Shown: positions 15,529 through 26,724 of the stretch, piece after piece
Layout: each line of letters opens with the position of its first letter
Numbering within the stretch: the first letter of the stretch is position 1
Virus record (IMG/VR): IMGVR_UViG_3300043466_002653
Location: 1 to 54,275 of that record
Direction: 5' to 3' (one strand)
From: a virus
Taxonomy: Duplodnaviria; Caudoviricetes
Length of the DNA: 54,275 bases
The notes under the pieces: model-generated
The model's input: only the letters and a program-made list of their open reading frames with translations
Told to the model about the DNA's origin: nothing
The model's database searches: none
Made by a program: the position numbers and the translations under genes

Positions 15529-15801
15529 ATGACAGTACAAGATTGGGCTTCCCTTATAGTAGCCATCTTAACAATTGTATCATCAATCGCCTTTGGAATC
15601 AAATGGCTTGTCAAACATTATTTAAGCGAACTTAAAGCCAATGGTGGCTCAAGTGTCAAAGATCAAATTAATAGACTAGAACTTCGCATTAATGAAGCAG
15701 ATATTAGTCGAAATCAGATGAAAGAAGATCACAAAGTTATGAAGGCTAAACTTGATCACATGTACGATATATTAATTGAATTTATTTCTAGATCTAAATA
15801 A
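15529..15801 (+). CDS. membrane protein with coiled coil, possible holin
   Basis: One N-terminal TM helix, NGGSS and heptad repeats. Confidence 0.55.
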   Translation: MTVQDWASLIVAILTIVSSIAFGIKWLVKHYLSELKANGGSSVKDQINRLELRINEADISRNQMKEDHKVMKAKLDHMYDILIEFISRSK

Positions 15802-15999
15802 CTCTATATACTATATATAAGATATCTTGTAAATACAAACCTTAAAGATAGTTCTTTTTTCTTATATATTTTAAGTATACACTATCCGACATCCTGACTA
15901 TTAAGACTTATTATGACAAAACGGACATTATCTATTATAACAATTTGATAACTTTAAATATAACTGTCCAAATTGTACCTATATGATATACTTTAAGTT

Positions 16000-16055
16000 G
16001 ACTAGTACTCTGGTTTGTCTTTCATACCCACCAGCCTGAGTACTAGTCTTTTTTT
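16000..16055 (+). ncRNA. candidate small hairpin RNA or terminator
   Basis: GACTAGTACTC...GAGTACTAGTC plus T7, directly after the TGATATACT promoter (15984-15992). Confidence 0.45.
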
Positions 16056-16074
16056 ATGGTATAATCTAAGTATT

Positions 16075-16455
16075 ATGAATCCGTGTTCACCTGAAATATT
16101 TGGAGCAGACCCAGCCAGAATCAAATGGCAAATTGTTAGAGGAGATACCTCTCCGCTTCGCATTGAATTTTTAGAAGATGACGAAGAAACATATTTTGAT
16201 ACCTCTGATTGGACCTTTGAGGCTACTACTTATGATCCTCAGTCTGATTTTCTTGATTCCCTGGAAGTTACGGCAGGAGAAGGATATGTAGATATTATGG
16301 CTCCAGCATCTATTACTGAATTTTGGGGTACTGGATTTAAGTCAGTTGTAACAGAATTAACATTTGACCTTCAAGTAACTATTGATGGAGAAACAATCTG
16401 GACACCTTTGATTGGAACCATTTCTGTACTTGGAGATGTTACAGGTAGCCTATAA
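16075..16455 (+). CDS. BppU-like tail/baseplate adaptor domain protein
   Basis: WQIVRGDT...FDLQVT...GTISVLGDVT; paralogs at 19187 and 28971. Confidence 0.65.
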   Translation: MNPCSPEIFGADPARIKWQIVRGDTSPLRIEFLEDDEETYFDTSDWTFEATTYDPQSDFLDSLEVTAGEGYVDIMAPASITEFWGTGFKSVVTELTFDLQVTIDGETIWTPLIGTISVLGDVTGSL

Positions 16456-16553
16456 TGGCAGTAGTAAAAGTTACAACTCCAAGACCTGAGTTGCCACCAG
16501 TAATTAGAATCAAGAATAAAATATTTAAAATAAATAAGTGATACAATTTAGGA

Positions 16554-16829
16554 ATGACTTTACACGCCCACACAACCCTGAGCAATACAACTGCTACTCG
16601 CCTAAGTCCAAACGGACTTCACTCTGGAATGGATATTACCATTCAAAATATACACGAATCTGCTTACGTATACGTTGGTGGAGAAGGAGTCACTGCATCT
16701 GATTATGGATATCGCATTGCTCCAGGTGCAGCATTTTCTATTGAACTACCTGGACAAGATGCACTTTATGCAATCTCAACTGTTAATAGTTCAAAGGTTG
16801 CAATTCTACAAACAGGGCTTGAAGGATAA
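16554..16829 (+). CDS. small beta-sandwich virion protein
   Basis: ITIQN..VYVGG..V...YGYRI.PG motif; leaderless start. Confidence 0.65.
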   Translation: MTLHAHTTLSNTTATRLSPNGLHSGMDITIQNIHESAYVYVGGEGVTASDYGYRIAPGAAFSIELPGQDALYAISTVNSSKVAILQTGLEG

Positions 16830-18427
16830 TGGCACGGTTTACTACAACAGGTGGTAGCGGAGACGGAACACCAGGAGCACCAGGTGCCGATGGCGCTGAC
16901 GGAGCAGATGCTCTTTGGAATTATACTGGAGAGTATAGCGGTGGAGCATCATATGCCGTTGGAGATCTTGCAACTTATGACGGACAACTTTGGTATCGTG
17001 TTGGTGCAAATGGCGGAAATGTTGGAGATACTCCTTCACCAGGATTTTGGAATTTACTTGCAGCAAAGGGTACAGATGGAACAAACGGTTCTAGCGGACT
17101 TGTATACTTAGGAAACTATGTCTCAGGCAATGGATACATTACAGATCTTGCAGTTGTAAGAGGAAGCGACAATAACTTATACATTGCAAAAGCAAATGGT
17201 GGTTTAGCAGATCCAGTTGGTAATACTGCAGAGTGGGATATCTTCTCTACTAACACAGGTGGCGGAACTGCAAACATTGCTGACTTTGTATTTACAAATG
17301 TTGACGAAACAAATAGTTCAATTACTGTCACTGGCAACAAAGAATTAACAATTCAATCAGGGTCTTCTGAAGACTTGAATGTTCATGCAGGAGACGACTT
17401 GTGGCTTACTGCGGACGATAACATACTTGTCCAAGCAAACGACGAGTTAAATCTCAGGTCTCATGACTCTACGACCATAATCACAAACTATGTCGACCAA
17501 GGTAACGCACAGTACGAGTGGCAATTTGGCTTACAGGGATACTTAACACTTCCTGGTGGCGGGGAAATTATTAATTCGCCAGATTCTTCGGGAGATGGTA
17601 GTGGATATTCAACGCTACAACTAGATCCAGATAATACTCTTCAGACTGATCAATACATAATCATTGACCCTACCGCTCCAGATCACATTCATGTTCGTGC
17701 TGGCGGAACCCCAGATAACTCTTATGCAGACCTATTTCTTGGGGCGGAATTAAATAACGTTCAAGTATCTGATCAAAGCAGAGAAGTTACAGTTCATACA
17801 AGAGGGGAAGACACTACCTATTCTGCACTTAACGTAAATTATGCAAGTGGTGAATCTTTTGTTTTAAGTATGGCCACAGAAATTGTTGAAGGAGATTCTG
17901 TAATTGTTAATGATATCTCTTATCCGATTGCGAATTTAGTTTTAAATAGCCCAACTGAAGGCTTGCAAACTTTAACAGTAACTGGAGTAACCTTTACTTC
18001 AAATCAAACCTATAACTTTGTCCGTATTTCAACTAACTCTAATTCCTGGCATTTTAGATCAGATGGAACTCTTGTTGGACCAGAAATGGGTCTCACAGTT
18101 TTTGGTCTATTAAATTCAGACAATGATGATCTTGGTCTATATGCTAACGATGCAGATATAATTTTACAAGCCGCTTCTGGAAAAGTAGATATTATTGCAC
18201 CTGAAGTTAACATTGTCTCAAGTGTAGTGCCATCATCATTCAACATTAATACTTATCTTGGTGCTACAGTTAATAGCAATAGGACTTCAACTTATGCCGC
18301 CGAGGACAAGGTTGTTGCAACCCTTGGAGATTTACCAACGGGAGCAACAGGAACATTTGAAACTCCAGACAGTAAATTAGTTACAGTTACTAATGGAATC
18401 ATTACTGCTATAGATCCACTGACTTAA
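16829..18427 (+). CDS. tail fibre/spike protein
   Basis: Short Gly-X-Y stretch, W..Y..GD carbohydrate-binding-like repeats, W.F..DG.L..P fibre motifs. Confidence 0.7.
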   Translation: MARFTTTGGSGDGTPGAPGADGADGADALWNYTGEYSGGASYAVGDLATYDGQLWYRVGANGGNVGDTPSPGFWNLLAAKGTDGTNGSSGLVYLGNYVSGNGYITDLAVVRGSDNNLYIAKANGGLADPVGNTAEWDIFSTNTGGGTANIADFVFTNVDETNSSITVTGNKELTIQSGSSEDLNVHAGDDLWLTADDNILVQANDELNLRSHDSTTIITNYVDQGNAQYEWQFGLQGYLTLPGGGEIINSPDSSGDGSGYSTLQLDPDNTLQTDQYIIIDPTAPDHIHVRAGGTPDNSYADLFLGAELNNVQVSDQSREVTVHTRGEDTTYSALNVNYASGESFVLSMATEIVEGDSVIVNDISYPIANLVLNSPTEGLQTLTVTGVTFTSNQTYNFVRISTNSNSWHFRSDGTLVGPEMGLTVFGLLNSDNDDLGLYANDADIILQAASGKVDIIAPEVNIVSSVVPSSFNINTYLGATVNSNRTSTYAAEDKVVATLGDLPTGATGTFETPDSKLVTVTNGIITAIDPLT

Positions 18428-18447
18428 TACCGTGAGATAATGGCATT

Positions 18448-19179
18448 ATGGCTACTTCTAAGTCTATGGACTTCCCCAATGCAAAAAAATCAAGTTATGC
18501 TGCACAAGTAGAACAAAGTCAAGCATCTGGTAACTCAGATAGTAGTCTTTCATTTATTCCACTACCTGGTCCAGCAGGTCCACAAGGGCCAACAGGTAAA
18601 GATGGGAAAGATGGTAAAACAGGACCACAAGGACCAGAAGGAAAACAAGGACTAAGAGGAGAAAGAGGTTTTCCAGGTAAAGATGGAGAAAGTTCTTTAT
18701 CCTCTTCAGGCCAGCAGTCAGGTTGGGCTTCATATAAAAATATGCCTACCAAACCAACAAAACTTGGAATATCACAAGGAGATGATGGCTGGGTAACTCT
18801 TGTTTTAGACACAAAAGAACAAACTCAAAATGAAAAATATCTTCCTAAAGGCTGTAGCAGTCTTTGGAATAGCCATCAAAGAGCCCTAAACTTCCACGGT
18901 ATTAAAGAAGGCTCACAGGTATTCATAACATACAATATTGACCTAACCACATACAATTCAAACACTGAGGTTTGGTTAAGAACATATTTTGCAAGTAATG
19001 ATCAAGAATTTGTACAGTTTGTAGGCTCTTTTAAATATCAAAACACTTATAGCCTTTCAGTTACCCAAAACATATTTATAGAGAACACGTCTATGTGGGG
19101 CAATGGGGCAGTTCCTCAAATTAGAACAGACTTTGACTCATCTGTAATTTTCAATTCTGTATATGTCAGCGTGGTATAA
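18448..19179 (+). CDS. collagen-repeat virion protein
   Basis: [41 protein letters not shown]. Confidence 0.8.
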   Translation: MATSKSMDFPNAKKSSYAAQVEQSQASGNSDSSLSFIPLPGPAGPQGPTGKDGKDGKTGPQGPEGKQGLRGERGFPGKDGESSLSSSGQQSGWASYKNMPTKPTKLGISQGDDGWVTLVLDTKEQTQNEKYLPKGCSSLWNSHQRALNFHGIKEGSQVFITYNIDLTTYNSNTEVWLRTYFASNDQEFVQFVGSFKYQNTYSLSVTQNIFIENTSMWGNGAVPQIRTDFDSSVIFNSVYVSVV

Positions 19180-19186
19180 TAAAACT

Positions 19187-20050
19187 ATGGCATTTCCAGG
19201 CGAATTAAATATAAATTATTATAAGGGCGACACCCATGAGTTTAAGGTATACCCTCAAAAAACAGACGGATCTATTTTTCAATTAGATGGCTATAGCAAT
19301 GCCACATTTAAAATTGCCGAGATTAGAGGTGCAGCAGGTGTTGCAGATCAAATTACTGGAAGCGCAATAATCTCAACAGATGGAACATATATAACTTGTG
19401 CTATTACTCCAGAAAATGGTGCTGTTATGGATTCAGATACAACCTATGTTTATGACGTTCAGATTTATAGGCAGGGCTCAAACACCTATGATTATGTGTT
19501 TACGCTATTGACTGGATCTATTTCAGTAACAGATGATGTAACCCAAGACATAGGAGATCTTAATAGAGCAATTCCAACATATAGGGTTATTTATCATAAT
19601 ACTAATGCAACAGATGGCGTTATTCCAGTAGATATAAATAAGTACCTTCCAAACCAAAATGTTGTTGTTGCAAACAATGGGACACTTACAAGGGTAGGAT
19701 ACACTTTTGGCGGATGGACAAAGTTTGCAGATAATTCAGGAACTGTTTACCTTGCAGGAGATATTATTCCAGTTAGTGCAGACATAAAACTTTATCCTAA
19801 GTGGCTACCACCAACAGTTACTTACAATAATCAAAGTGCAACAACAAGCCAAATTGGAGGATCAACATCATATATTCCTCAATCAGCAATTTTATCAATT
19901 CCAACAACAGCACCAATTAGAACAGGTTATGTATTTGGTGGATGGTTTACTGGACCAGCAGGTTCTGGAGTACAGGTTACAAATAATTCTTATACTCCTT
20001 TATCTCCATATGATCCAGTTACACTTTATGCTAAGTGGACGGTAGAATGA
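19187..20050 (+). CDS. BppU-like domain plus two InlB-B (Listeria/Bacteroides) repeats
   Basis: YYKGDT N-domain; two RxGYxFGGW...LYxKW repeats. Confidence 0.75.
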   Translation: MAFPGELNINYYKGDTHEFKVYPQKTDGSIFQLDGYSNATFKIAEIRGAAGVADQITGSAIISTDGTYITCAITPENGAVMDSDTTYVYDVQIYRQGSNTYDYVFTLLTGSISVTDDVTQDIGDLNRAIPTYRVIYHNTNATDGVIPVDINKYLPNQNVVVANNGTLTRVGYTFGGWTKFADNSGTVYLAGDIIPVSADIKLYPKWLPPTVTYNNQSATTSQIGGSTSYIPQSAILSIPTTAPIRTGYVFGGWFTGPAGSGVQVTNNSYTPLSPYDPVTLYAKWTVE

Positions 20051-20634
20051 CAAATATATTTGTATCATCTGATGACGTTAAAGTAATTGGTGGTACAGCC
20101 AATGTTAATGTTGAAGTAGATTTTGGTCCACAAGGAGATAGAGGAAACCTTTTTCTTGTAGGATATGGAAACCCAAACACAGTATCACATTCTGTTACAT
20201 TACAACTTCTTGACTTATATATTAATGTTCAAGCAACTGACGAAGATTACTTAGTTATGTATCAGTACCAAAGTGTTGCTGGTGTTAATACTTGGGTAGA
20301 GACAGCAACATTGATGACAGATAAGTTTAGTGTTATCCGAGAGGTTGCTTTTACAAATGGAACAACAACAAATGAAGTTGATTTCAAGATATCTAATATT
20401 GCTCCATTAAGTCTTATAGGTGGTCTAACAGCAGAAAACTTTAACATCCAATGCACCTTTTCTGATCCAGAAAATCCTATTGCACACTCTATTACAGTTA
20501 AGCCTTTAGCATTTCAAGTAGGAACTGGTGACCAGATTCTTCCAGTTGATATAAATGCCGTTGAATTTTCAGAAGGAAGTTGGGTTGGTCTGAATAGGAC
20601 AGTATATATTCATTTCCTAATTACGGTGGTATAA
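20047..20634 (+). CDS. virion/tail protein
   Basis: DFGPQGDRG motif; in a structural operon. Confidence 0.6.
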   Translation: MTNIFVSSDDVKVIGGTANVNVEVDFGPQGDRGNLFLVGYGNPNTVSHSVTLQLLDLYINVQATDEDYLVMYQYQSVAGVNTWVETATLMTDKFSVIREVAFTNGTTTNEVDFKISNIAPLSLIGGLTAENFNIQCTFSDPENPIAHSITVKPLAFQVGTGDQILPVDINAVEFSEGSWVGLNRTVYIHFLITVV

Positions 20635-20653
20635 TTTAAAATGGTGATATCTA

Positions 20654-21439
20654 ATGGCTGCTGAATTTATTGATGATACGGAAACTGGTTCTGGTTTATA
20701 CCCAACCAAGATTCCTGGCTATGCCGATGCAGCAGATATTCAAGAGGCATTAAGACTCTATCACTATGGATCAACCACTATTCCAACTACAAGTGATTTA
20801 AATGGAACAGCAACAAGCATAAATACAAAATCCGTTGCAGGACATCTTAAAAGTTTAGCCAATGCAGACTCTACACATGCTGCACTAACACTAAATGTCC
20901 ACGGTATTGCAAACACAGCAAGTTTAGCAACAGAAACATATGTAACTGATGCTATTAATAATATCACTGATGGATATTCAGTACTTGCTGGAGACGGTAT
21001 TGATTGGAATGCAGACACTGACCAATTTGATATTGCAGATTCTATTTTGTTGGTATCCCCTAAAGAAAAAATAAACATATCAGCAACTGCTGCAACTGGA
21101 ACACTAAATATTGATACAATTACATCATCTTTTAATGTAATAACATCTAATGCCACTGGGAACTACACTATAAATGTTAGAGGTGACTCAACAAATACCC
21201 TGAATTCTTTAATGCAAATTGGAGATTCTATTACAGTTGTTTTTGAATCACCAAACGGTTCAACGGCATATTACGCTACTGGATATACTATTGACGGTAA
21301 CTCAGTTACTCCTAAATGGCTGGGTGGAACAGCCCCTAGCGCAGGAAATATTAATGCGACAGATGTATACATGTTGCAAATTAGAAAAATTTCCAATGCC
21401 ACGTTTACATGTCTAGCATCTCAGTCTAAGTTTGCTTAG
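20654..21439 (+). CDS. tail fibre-related protein
   Basis: VHGIA and GIDWNADTD modules shared with the 33937 gene; KWLGGTAP C-domain. Confidence 0.7.
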   Translation: MAAEFIDDTETGSGLYPTKIPGYADAADIQEALRLYHYGSTTIPTTSDLNGTATSINTKSVAGHLKSLANADSTHAALTLNVHGIANTASLATETYVTDAINNITDGYSVLAGDGIDWNADTDQFDIADSILLVSPKEKINISATAATGTLNIDTITSSFNVITSNATGNYTINVRGDSTNTLNSLMQIGDSITVVFESPNGSTAYYATGYTIDGNSVTPKWLGGTAPSAGNINATDVYMLQIRKISNATFTCLASQSKFA

Positions 21440-21456
21440 TTTATAAAGGGAAACCC

Positions 21457-22875
21457 ATGAGTCCTTTATTCCGTAACTATAGCGTAATAGGAATATTTCT
21501 TTCAAGCGATATACCAACACCAACACCAACACCAACACCAACACCAACGCCTACTCCAACTCCAACACCGACCCCAACTCCCACACCAACACCTACTCCA
21601 ACACCAACCCCTACACCTACTCCTACACCAACACCAACACCTACACCAACACCGACCCCTACACCAACACCAGCGTATGATGGTGGAATATGTTCTGCTT
21701 CAGATGTAACAAGTGGAGTTTCTGGATGTAATGTTATAGGAGATTGTTCTGCAATAGGAAGCCAGGGAGGATGTTTCCTTGTTCCATCAGGTGGTTCTGT
21801 TTCTTTGACTGGAAATACTTTAGAAGGAAGTACAATAACAGCAACTACGCTTGGTTGGAGTTCTATACCAACCTCTTATAATGTATTTATTACTGTTACT
21901 AGAAATGGTACTGTGCCAACAGCATTAAGCGAAGTTGTTGCTTCTTCAGCAGGATCTAACTCTGTTACAGCAACTATAGAAACAATTGTTGGACAAGCAC
22001 CTAAATACAGAGCATTTGCTACTGCTACTAACTCTACAGGAACATCTACTCCTGCTGTTATATCACCAGAAATAATTACAGCAACAGCAACCCCTACCCC
22101 AACACCAACTCCAACACCGACCCCTACACCAACACCAACACCTACTCCAACACCTACTCCAACACCAACACCTACACCAACACCGACCCCTACACCAACA
22201 CCAGCGTATGATGGTGGAATATGTTCTGCTTCAGATGTTTCTAACGGAGTTTCTGGATGTACTCAGTCTGGAGTTTCTTGTTCTGTACAAGGAAGCCAAG
22301 CAGGTTGCTTTGTTCCTCCTCCTGCTCCATCAGGCGGATCTGTTTCTTTGACTGGAGATAGCGTAGTAGGAAGTACTATCACAGCAAGTACATCTGGTTG
22401 GGCAAACACACCAACGTCTTACAACGTATTTATTACAGTTTCTAGAACTGGAAGTGCCCCTGGTCCAACAAGCGAACTTGTTGCTTCTTCAGCAGGATCT
22501 GCTTCTGTTACAGCAACCATAGAAGCAATTGTTGGACAAGCCCCTATATACAGAGCCTTTGCTACTGCAACAAATAGTACAGGAACATCTAGCCAAGTTT
22601 CTTCTGGTACAATTACAGCAACGGCACCTCCTCCGTTCTTCCCTCCGTTCTTCCCACCTTTCTTCCCACCATACTTTGCCCCAGCACCTACACCAACGCC
22701 TACCCCAACACCTACACCAACGCCTACCCCAACACCTACACCAACGCCTACCCCGACACCAACGCCAGTTGCACCTACAACATATCAATGCTCTGGCGCT
22801 GATGTTTCAATGGGAGTTCCTGGGTGTAGTTTTATAAACGCTTGTTCTGCTTTTGGAAGCAAGGGACCATGTTAA
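21457..22875 (+). CDS. Pro/Thr-repeat protein with Cys-rich and Ig-like domains
   Basis: (PT)26, (PT)18 and (PT)13 tracts, PPFF repeat, duplicated domains. Confidence 0.8.
   Translation: MSPLFRNYSVIGIFLSSDIPTPTPTPTPTPTPTPTPTPTPTPTPTPTPTPTPTPTPTPTPTPTPTPTPTPTPAYDGGICSASDVTSGVSGCNVIGDCSAIGSQGGCFLVPSGGSVSLTGNTLEGSTITATTLGWSSIPTSYNVFITVTRNGTVPTALSEVVASSAGSNSVTATIETIVGQAPKYRAFATATNSTGTSTPAVISPEIITATATPTPTPTPTPTPTPTPTPTPTPTPTPTPTPTPTPTPTPAYDGGICSASDVSNGVSGCTQSGVSCSVQGSQAGCFVPPPAPSGGSVSLTGDSVVGSTITASTSGWANTPTSYNVFITVSRTGSAPGPTSELVASSAGSASVTATIEAIVGQAPIYRAFATATNSTGTSSQVSSGTITATAPPPFFPPFFPPFFPPYFAPAPTPTPTPTPTPTPTPTPTPTPTPTPTPVAPTTYQCSGADVSMGVPGCSFINACSAFGSKGPC
21514..21672 (+). repeat. (Pro-Thr)n coding tandem repeat
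   Basis: CCN-ACN hexamers; further tracts at 22090-22203 and 22687-22767. Confidence 0.95.
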
Positions 22876-22931
22876 TTAAAAAAGTAGAAAGTTTTGCCAA
22901 ATCATGATAGAATATATACAGAGGAGATAAA

Positions 22932-23384
22932 ATGATTACAGATATAGAAATAACTTTTAACCCAGGTACTAGTGAGCCAGGTGGCGCACCCTTAGCCTTT
23001 GTAATTGAAGAAGATGTATTATATACAATTCCTGCGAGCAAACTTGGAGCAGATCTATTTTTAGATTTTACCGATGCCACAGACATATCTGATAATTTTC
23101 CAGAAAATGACGGTATAACAATTAAGTTTATGAATAATGAAGTAGAACTTGAAACCTTGCATACATCAGAGTATTTTGGTTCAATAATATTAAGCAATCC
23201 CAAAGTTATAAACCTAGTAAATCATAAAAGAGGATATGCTACTGGCGAGCCTGCTAAATTTATAGATAATGAATTTTATGTACTAGATGGAAGAAGTAAT
23301 GATAGTCTATCGGACTGGACCAGTTACAATATGAAAGAAGATGGTTACCAGTGCGAAGGAACCCGTTGTGGTTGCAAAAAGTAG
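22932..23384 (+). CDS. hypothetical protein
   Basis: 150 aa, GAGGAG SD, TGATAGAAT promoter. Confidence 0.7.
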   Translation: MITDIEITFNPGTSEPGGAPLAFVIEEDVLYTIPASKLGADLFLDFTDATDISDNFPENDGITIKFMNNEVELETLHTSEYFGSIILSNPKVINLVNHKRGYATGEPAKFIDNEFYVLDGRSNDSLSDWTSYNMKEDGYQCEGTRCGCKK

Positions 23385-23601
23385 ATGGGAATTATATAAA
23401 GAAAAAAATGGAGTAACTCCATTAGATATGTTAAACCCCAATACAAAACGTGTGTCTGATGAAGATGCAAAAACAAGGTTTGACATTTGCAAGGCTTGCC
23501 CAGAATTAATAAAATTAACTTCACAATGTAAACAATGTGGGTGCTTTATGAAGGTTAAGACACAACTTGAAAAAGCAATATGCCCCATTGGAAAATGGTA
23601 G
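23368..23601 (+). CDS. Cys-rich DUF6171-like protein (paralog of 14532-14735)
   Basis: ICKAC..CKQCGCFMKVK..CPIGKW; GTG start after GAAGGA. Confidence 0.7.
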   Translation: MVAKSRWELYKEKNGVTPLDMLNPNTKRVSDEDAKTRFDICKACPELIKLTSQCKQCGCFMKVKTQLEKAICPIGKW

Positions 23602-23604
23602 ACA

Positions 23605-24207
23605 ATGATAAAAGAAGAAATAGCGCCAGGAATAGTTGTATATAGTAATGTAATTCCTGACAGTGAAACACTATATGCTGATATTGAAGAAGGTGCTTTT
23701 TCAGCAAAAATTAGTTGGGCAGCAGCAGGAGTCAAAGAATATTCTGATGCAAAAGTAAATACTAAAACAAGAGATACAAGTACAATAGGTGTTAATTATT
23801 TAGGTAATGTTAAAGATGTCTCACTAGTTAATAATGTTAAAGAATTATTTTTTACTAATTTAAATAATATGTTTTTTGAAAATTTTGATCCAATAGAAAA
23901 AGACTACATGGCAACATATGGAATATTTTCAGAGTGGCATGATTCTTATGGTATTTTAAAGTATGGAGAAGGTCAGCAATTTACTAACCATATAGATGAT
24001 CACCCTTCATATCATAGAAGAGTTTCTACTGTATATTATTTAAATGATAATTATACTGGTGGAGAAATTAACTTTCCCCGCTTTAATATTACCTTTAAGC
24101 CAAAGGCTAATCAAATGATAATATTTCCTTCAACATATGTTTATAATCATTCTGTGTCTCCAGTTATTGAAGGCGAAAGGTACGCTGTAGTCAGTTGGTT
24201 AAAATGA
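23605..24207 (+). CDS. 2OG-Fe(II) oxygenase, prolyl 4-hydroxylase-like
   Basis: HIDD, YLNDNYTGGEINF, FPS, HSV and RY motifs. Confidence 0.9.
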   Translation: MIKEEIAPGIVVYSNVIPDSETLYADIEEGAFSAKISWAAAGVKEYSDAKVNTKTRDTSTIGVNYLGNVKDVSLVNNVKELFFTNLNNMFFENFDPIEKDYMATYGIFSEWHDSYGILKYGEGQQFTNHIDDHPSYHRRVSTVYYLNDNYTGGEINFPRFNITFKPKANQMIIFPSTYVYNHSVSPVIEGERYAVVSWLK

Positions 24208-24770
24208 AAGATCCATTATTGGTTGATAATGTTTTAAATACAAAAGACTATGAAAGTTTTATTAATGCTGTTTTAAATCCAAAAAATTTTGAATATCAAG
24301 AAGGATTTTCAAGATATGTGGTGTCAGACAACAACCTTCCAATATTACAAGAAATAGCAGAAAAACTTATACCTGTTGCAAGAGAGGCATTTGGAAGTCA
24401 CACACTACTTCCTACGTATACATTATTTGCACATTATGAAGGAAAAGATCCTGCTCCAAGTCTTTACAAGCACAAAGACGACAATGCTTGCACCTATACA
24501 CTTGACATGTGTGTTTATCAGACTGAGCCGTGGGATTTATGGGTAGAAAATAAAAAGTATACACTTTATCCAAATCAAGCACTGGCCTACTATGGAAATG
24601 ATCAATTACATTGGCGTGAAAAATTTCCTAATCCAGGATTACAACATGTTGCTATGACATTCTTTCATTTTGCAGAGCCAGATCATTGGTATTTTACTAA
24701 AGGACCAAACTATTTGCAAGTCATTAGAAAAGAAATAACAGAAGATCAATGGGAGGATAATATAAAATGA
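24204..24770 (+). CDS. 2OG-Fe(II) oxygenase-like protein
   Basis: LYKHKD...HWRE...FFHF. Confidence 0.75.
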   Translation: MKDPLLVDNVLNTKDYESFINAVLNPKNFEYQEGFSRYVVSDNNLPILQEIAEKLIPVAREAFGSHTLLPTYTLFAHYEGKDPAPSLYKHKDDNACTYTLDMCVYQTEPWDLWVENKKYTLYPNQALAYYGNDQLHWREKFPNPGLQHVAMTFFHFAEPDHWYFTKGPNYLQVIRKEITEDQWEDNIK

Positions 24771-25786
24771 AGCCTATATTCTTTCAACTTTGGAATGCTG
24801 GATTGTTTAATCAAGTTTTAAGTTTAGAACTAGCAGTAGGTATTGCTCACGAAACCAAGCAACCAACAATTGTTCATTTTTTTTGTCATGACCCAAACAG
24901 AAATATATATATCTCTACTCCAAGCATACACTTTAATGATCAAAGAAATAATTTTACAGATCGTTCTTTTAAAAACAACCCTCATCTTTTAGACTTGTTT
25001 GATATTGATACAGACCTAGTCATTGTTAATGAAAAAATAAACTCATTTAAACAAGAAGAGTTTGTTATAGATGAGTTAGCAACAAAGTATTATTATAGTA
25101 AAGAGTTAGAAGTAACAGATGATGAATTATTGTTTGCAGAAGGCAGAGAAAGGCTTACTTTTGACAAAAGCATACATTTAAAAGGCACCCTAGGAGTTTA
25201 CTCAAGATTTTTTTATAACAGAAGTCCTGAGTTAAACAAAGCAATATCTTCAGTTAGGCCTAAGAAAGTTTATAGAGACTTGGCTAAAAAAATATCAGCA
25301 TCTCTTGGTAGTTTTCAAGGAATGCATTTAAGATTATCAGATCATGCTGTAAGTGTAGATTATCACAAAGAGGAAATAGTAAATGACTGGATAACTAAAT
25401 ATGAAAGCAATGGCCTTCCTATTGTTTTGTCTACAGACGAACCAAGTCACCCATTGGTAAATAAAAATAAGCATAGATTCATTTTATTAGATGAATATAT
25501 AGTTAATAATTTTAGAGATGACTTTATGTCTCTACCGTTTCAAGATGAAGTAGTCTTTGGTCTTATTTGTAACTTGGTCTTGCATGACTCAGTAAATTTT
25601 GTAGGAAAATCTGGTACCACCTATACATCATACATTCACAGAAACAGGAATCAAAAAGGTATTGAAACCTGGGATTTTTTTGATAGCCCACAGCAAGCAA
25701 AAGGACAACCATACTCTTGGAATGATTATCCCAGACCAAATGATCAAAAAATGTGGTGGAGAGAGTGGCCAGAATCAAAATGTTAA
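24767..25786 (+). CDS. protein O-fucosyltransferase-like glycosyltransferase (O-FucT fold)
   Basis: AGLFNQ, GMHLRLSD, STDE and FVGKSGTTYT motifs. Confidence 0.75.
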   Translation: MKPIFFQLWNAGLFNQVLSLELAVGIAHETKQPTIVHFFCHDPNRNIYISTPSIHFNDQRNNFTDRSFKNNPHLLDLFDIDTDLVIVNEKINSFKQEEFVIDELATKYYYSKELEVTDDELLFAEGRERLTFDKSIHLKGTLGVYSRFFYNRSPELNKAISSVRPKKVYRDLAKKISASLGSFQGMHLRLSDHAVSVDYHKEEIVNDWITKYESNGLPIVLSTDEPSHPLVNKNKHRFILLDEYIVNNFRDDFMSLPFQDEVVFGLICNLVLHDSVNFVGKSGTTYTSYIHRNRNQKGIETWDFFDSPQQAKGQPYSWNDYPRPNDQKMWWREWPESKC

Positions 25787-26724
25787 AAAACAAAGTAATT
25801 ATAAATGCTTGGACAGGCCGATTTGGAAATAGAATGCACGAGTATGCATTTGCTAAAACATATGCACATAAAAACAATATGGATGTTGAACTTTTATCAA
25901 AATGGGAAGGCTCTGTAATGTTTAAAAATGCAACGGAACCTTTAATAGAGTTTGCAGAGTTACGAGAATATTTAAAAGATGGCTGGAGACCAAGACAGGA
26001 AAGAGAGAATGAAACATTAAAATATTATCCAGGATCTATATATTGGAATGGGAATTGGCAACCAGCAGACCCATACAAAAACAATAACTGTACAATAATA
26101 ACAAATGACACTAATGCATATCAAGAATCTATATTTGATCAAATGGAACTATCATACATAAAACATATTTTTGAATTAAGTGATTTAGTAAAAGAGTCTA
26201 ATACTTATAAGTATTGGGAATCAAAAGCAGGAACTTATGATGTTGCTCATCTTCGTAGAGGAGACATTGCGGACGCTAACTACAATTTAAATAATGATCA
26301 AGGATATTCCGTAGTCTCAAAAGATTCTTATTTTTCTGCTTTTGAAAAATTTGGTTATGACAAAAATAATATTGAATGGATATCGGATGATCACACAAAA
26401 AAATGGCATCCAGATAGACCAGATATGGTTTTTCTACCATGGTCTTATCCAGAAGGTGCTCAGTTTGACAAAAATATAATCTTTGATTTTCTTGATGATT
26501 GGTTAAAAATGTATTTTGCCAGAACAATATTTAGAGGAAATAGTAGTTTTTCTTTTTGGGCAGGATTGCTATCTCCAACAGCCAATGTTTATTCTCCAAT
26601 AATTGATAAACAACTAATATATGGTCGTAATGGACTTACAGAAGAAATTAATTTAGAATTTACAGAAGGTAATGAAAACCATTGGATGTATTCCGATACA
26701 CCAAGAAAGATAAGGATACGATGA
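25780..26724 (+). CDS. GT11 alpha-1,2-fucosyltransferase-like
   Basis: GRFGNRM, HLRRGD and NSSFSFWAGLL motifs. Confidence 0.85.
   Translation: MLKNKVIINAWTGRFGNRMHEYAFAKTYAHKNNMDVELLSKWEGSVMFKNATEPLIEFAELREYLKDGWRPRQERENETLKYYPGSIYWNGNWQPADPYKNNNCTIITNDTNAYQESIFDQMELSYIKHIFELSDLVKESNTYKYWESKAGTYDVAHLRRGDIADANYNLNNDQGYSVVSKDSYFSAFEKFGYDKNNIEWISDDHTKKWHPDRPDMVFLPWSYPEGAQFDKNIIFDFLDDWLKMYFARTIFRGNSSFSFWAGLLSPTANVYSPIIDKQLIYGRNGLTEEINLEFTEGNENHWMYSDTPRKIRIR

Noticed and set aside
22489-22837. Alternative-frame ORFs with RWC or QHLHQRLP repeats (also 35788-36102 and 35845-36030)
   Set aside because: Shadows of the PT and PPFF codon repeats; third-position variation fits the main frame.
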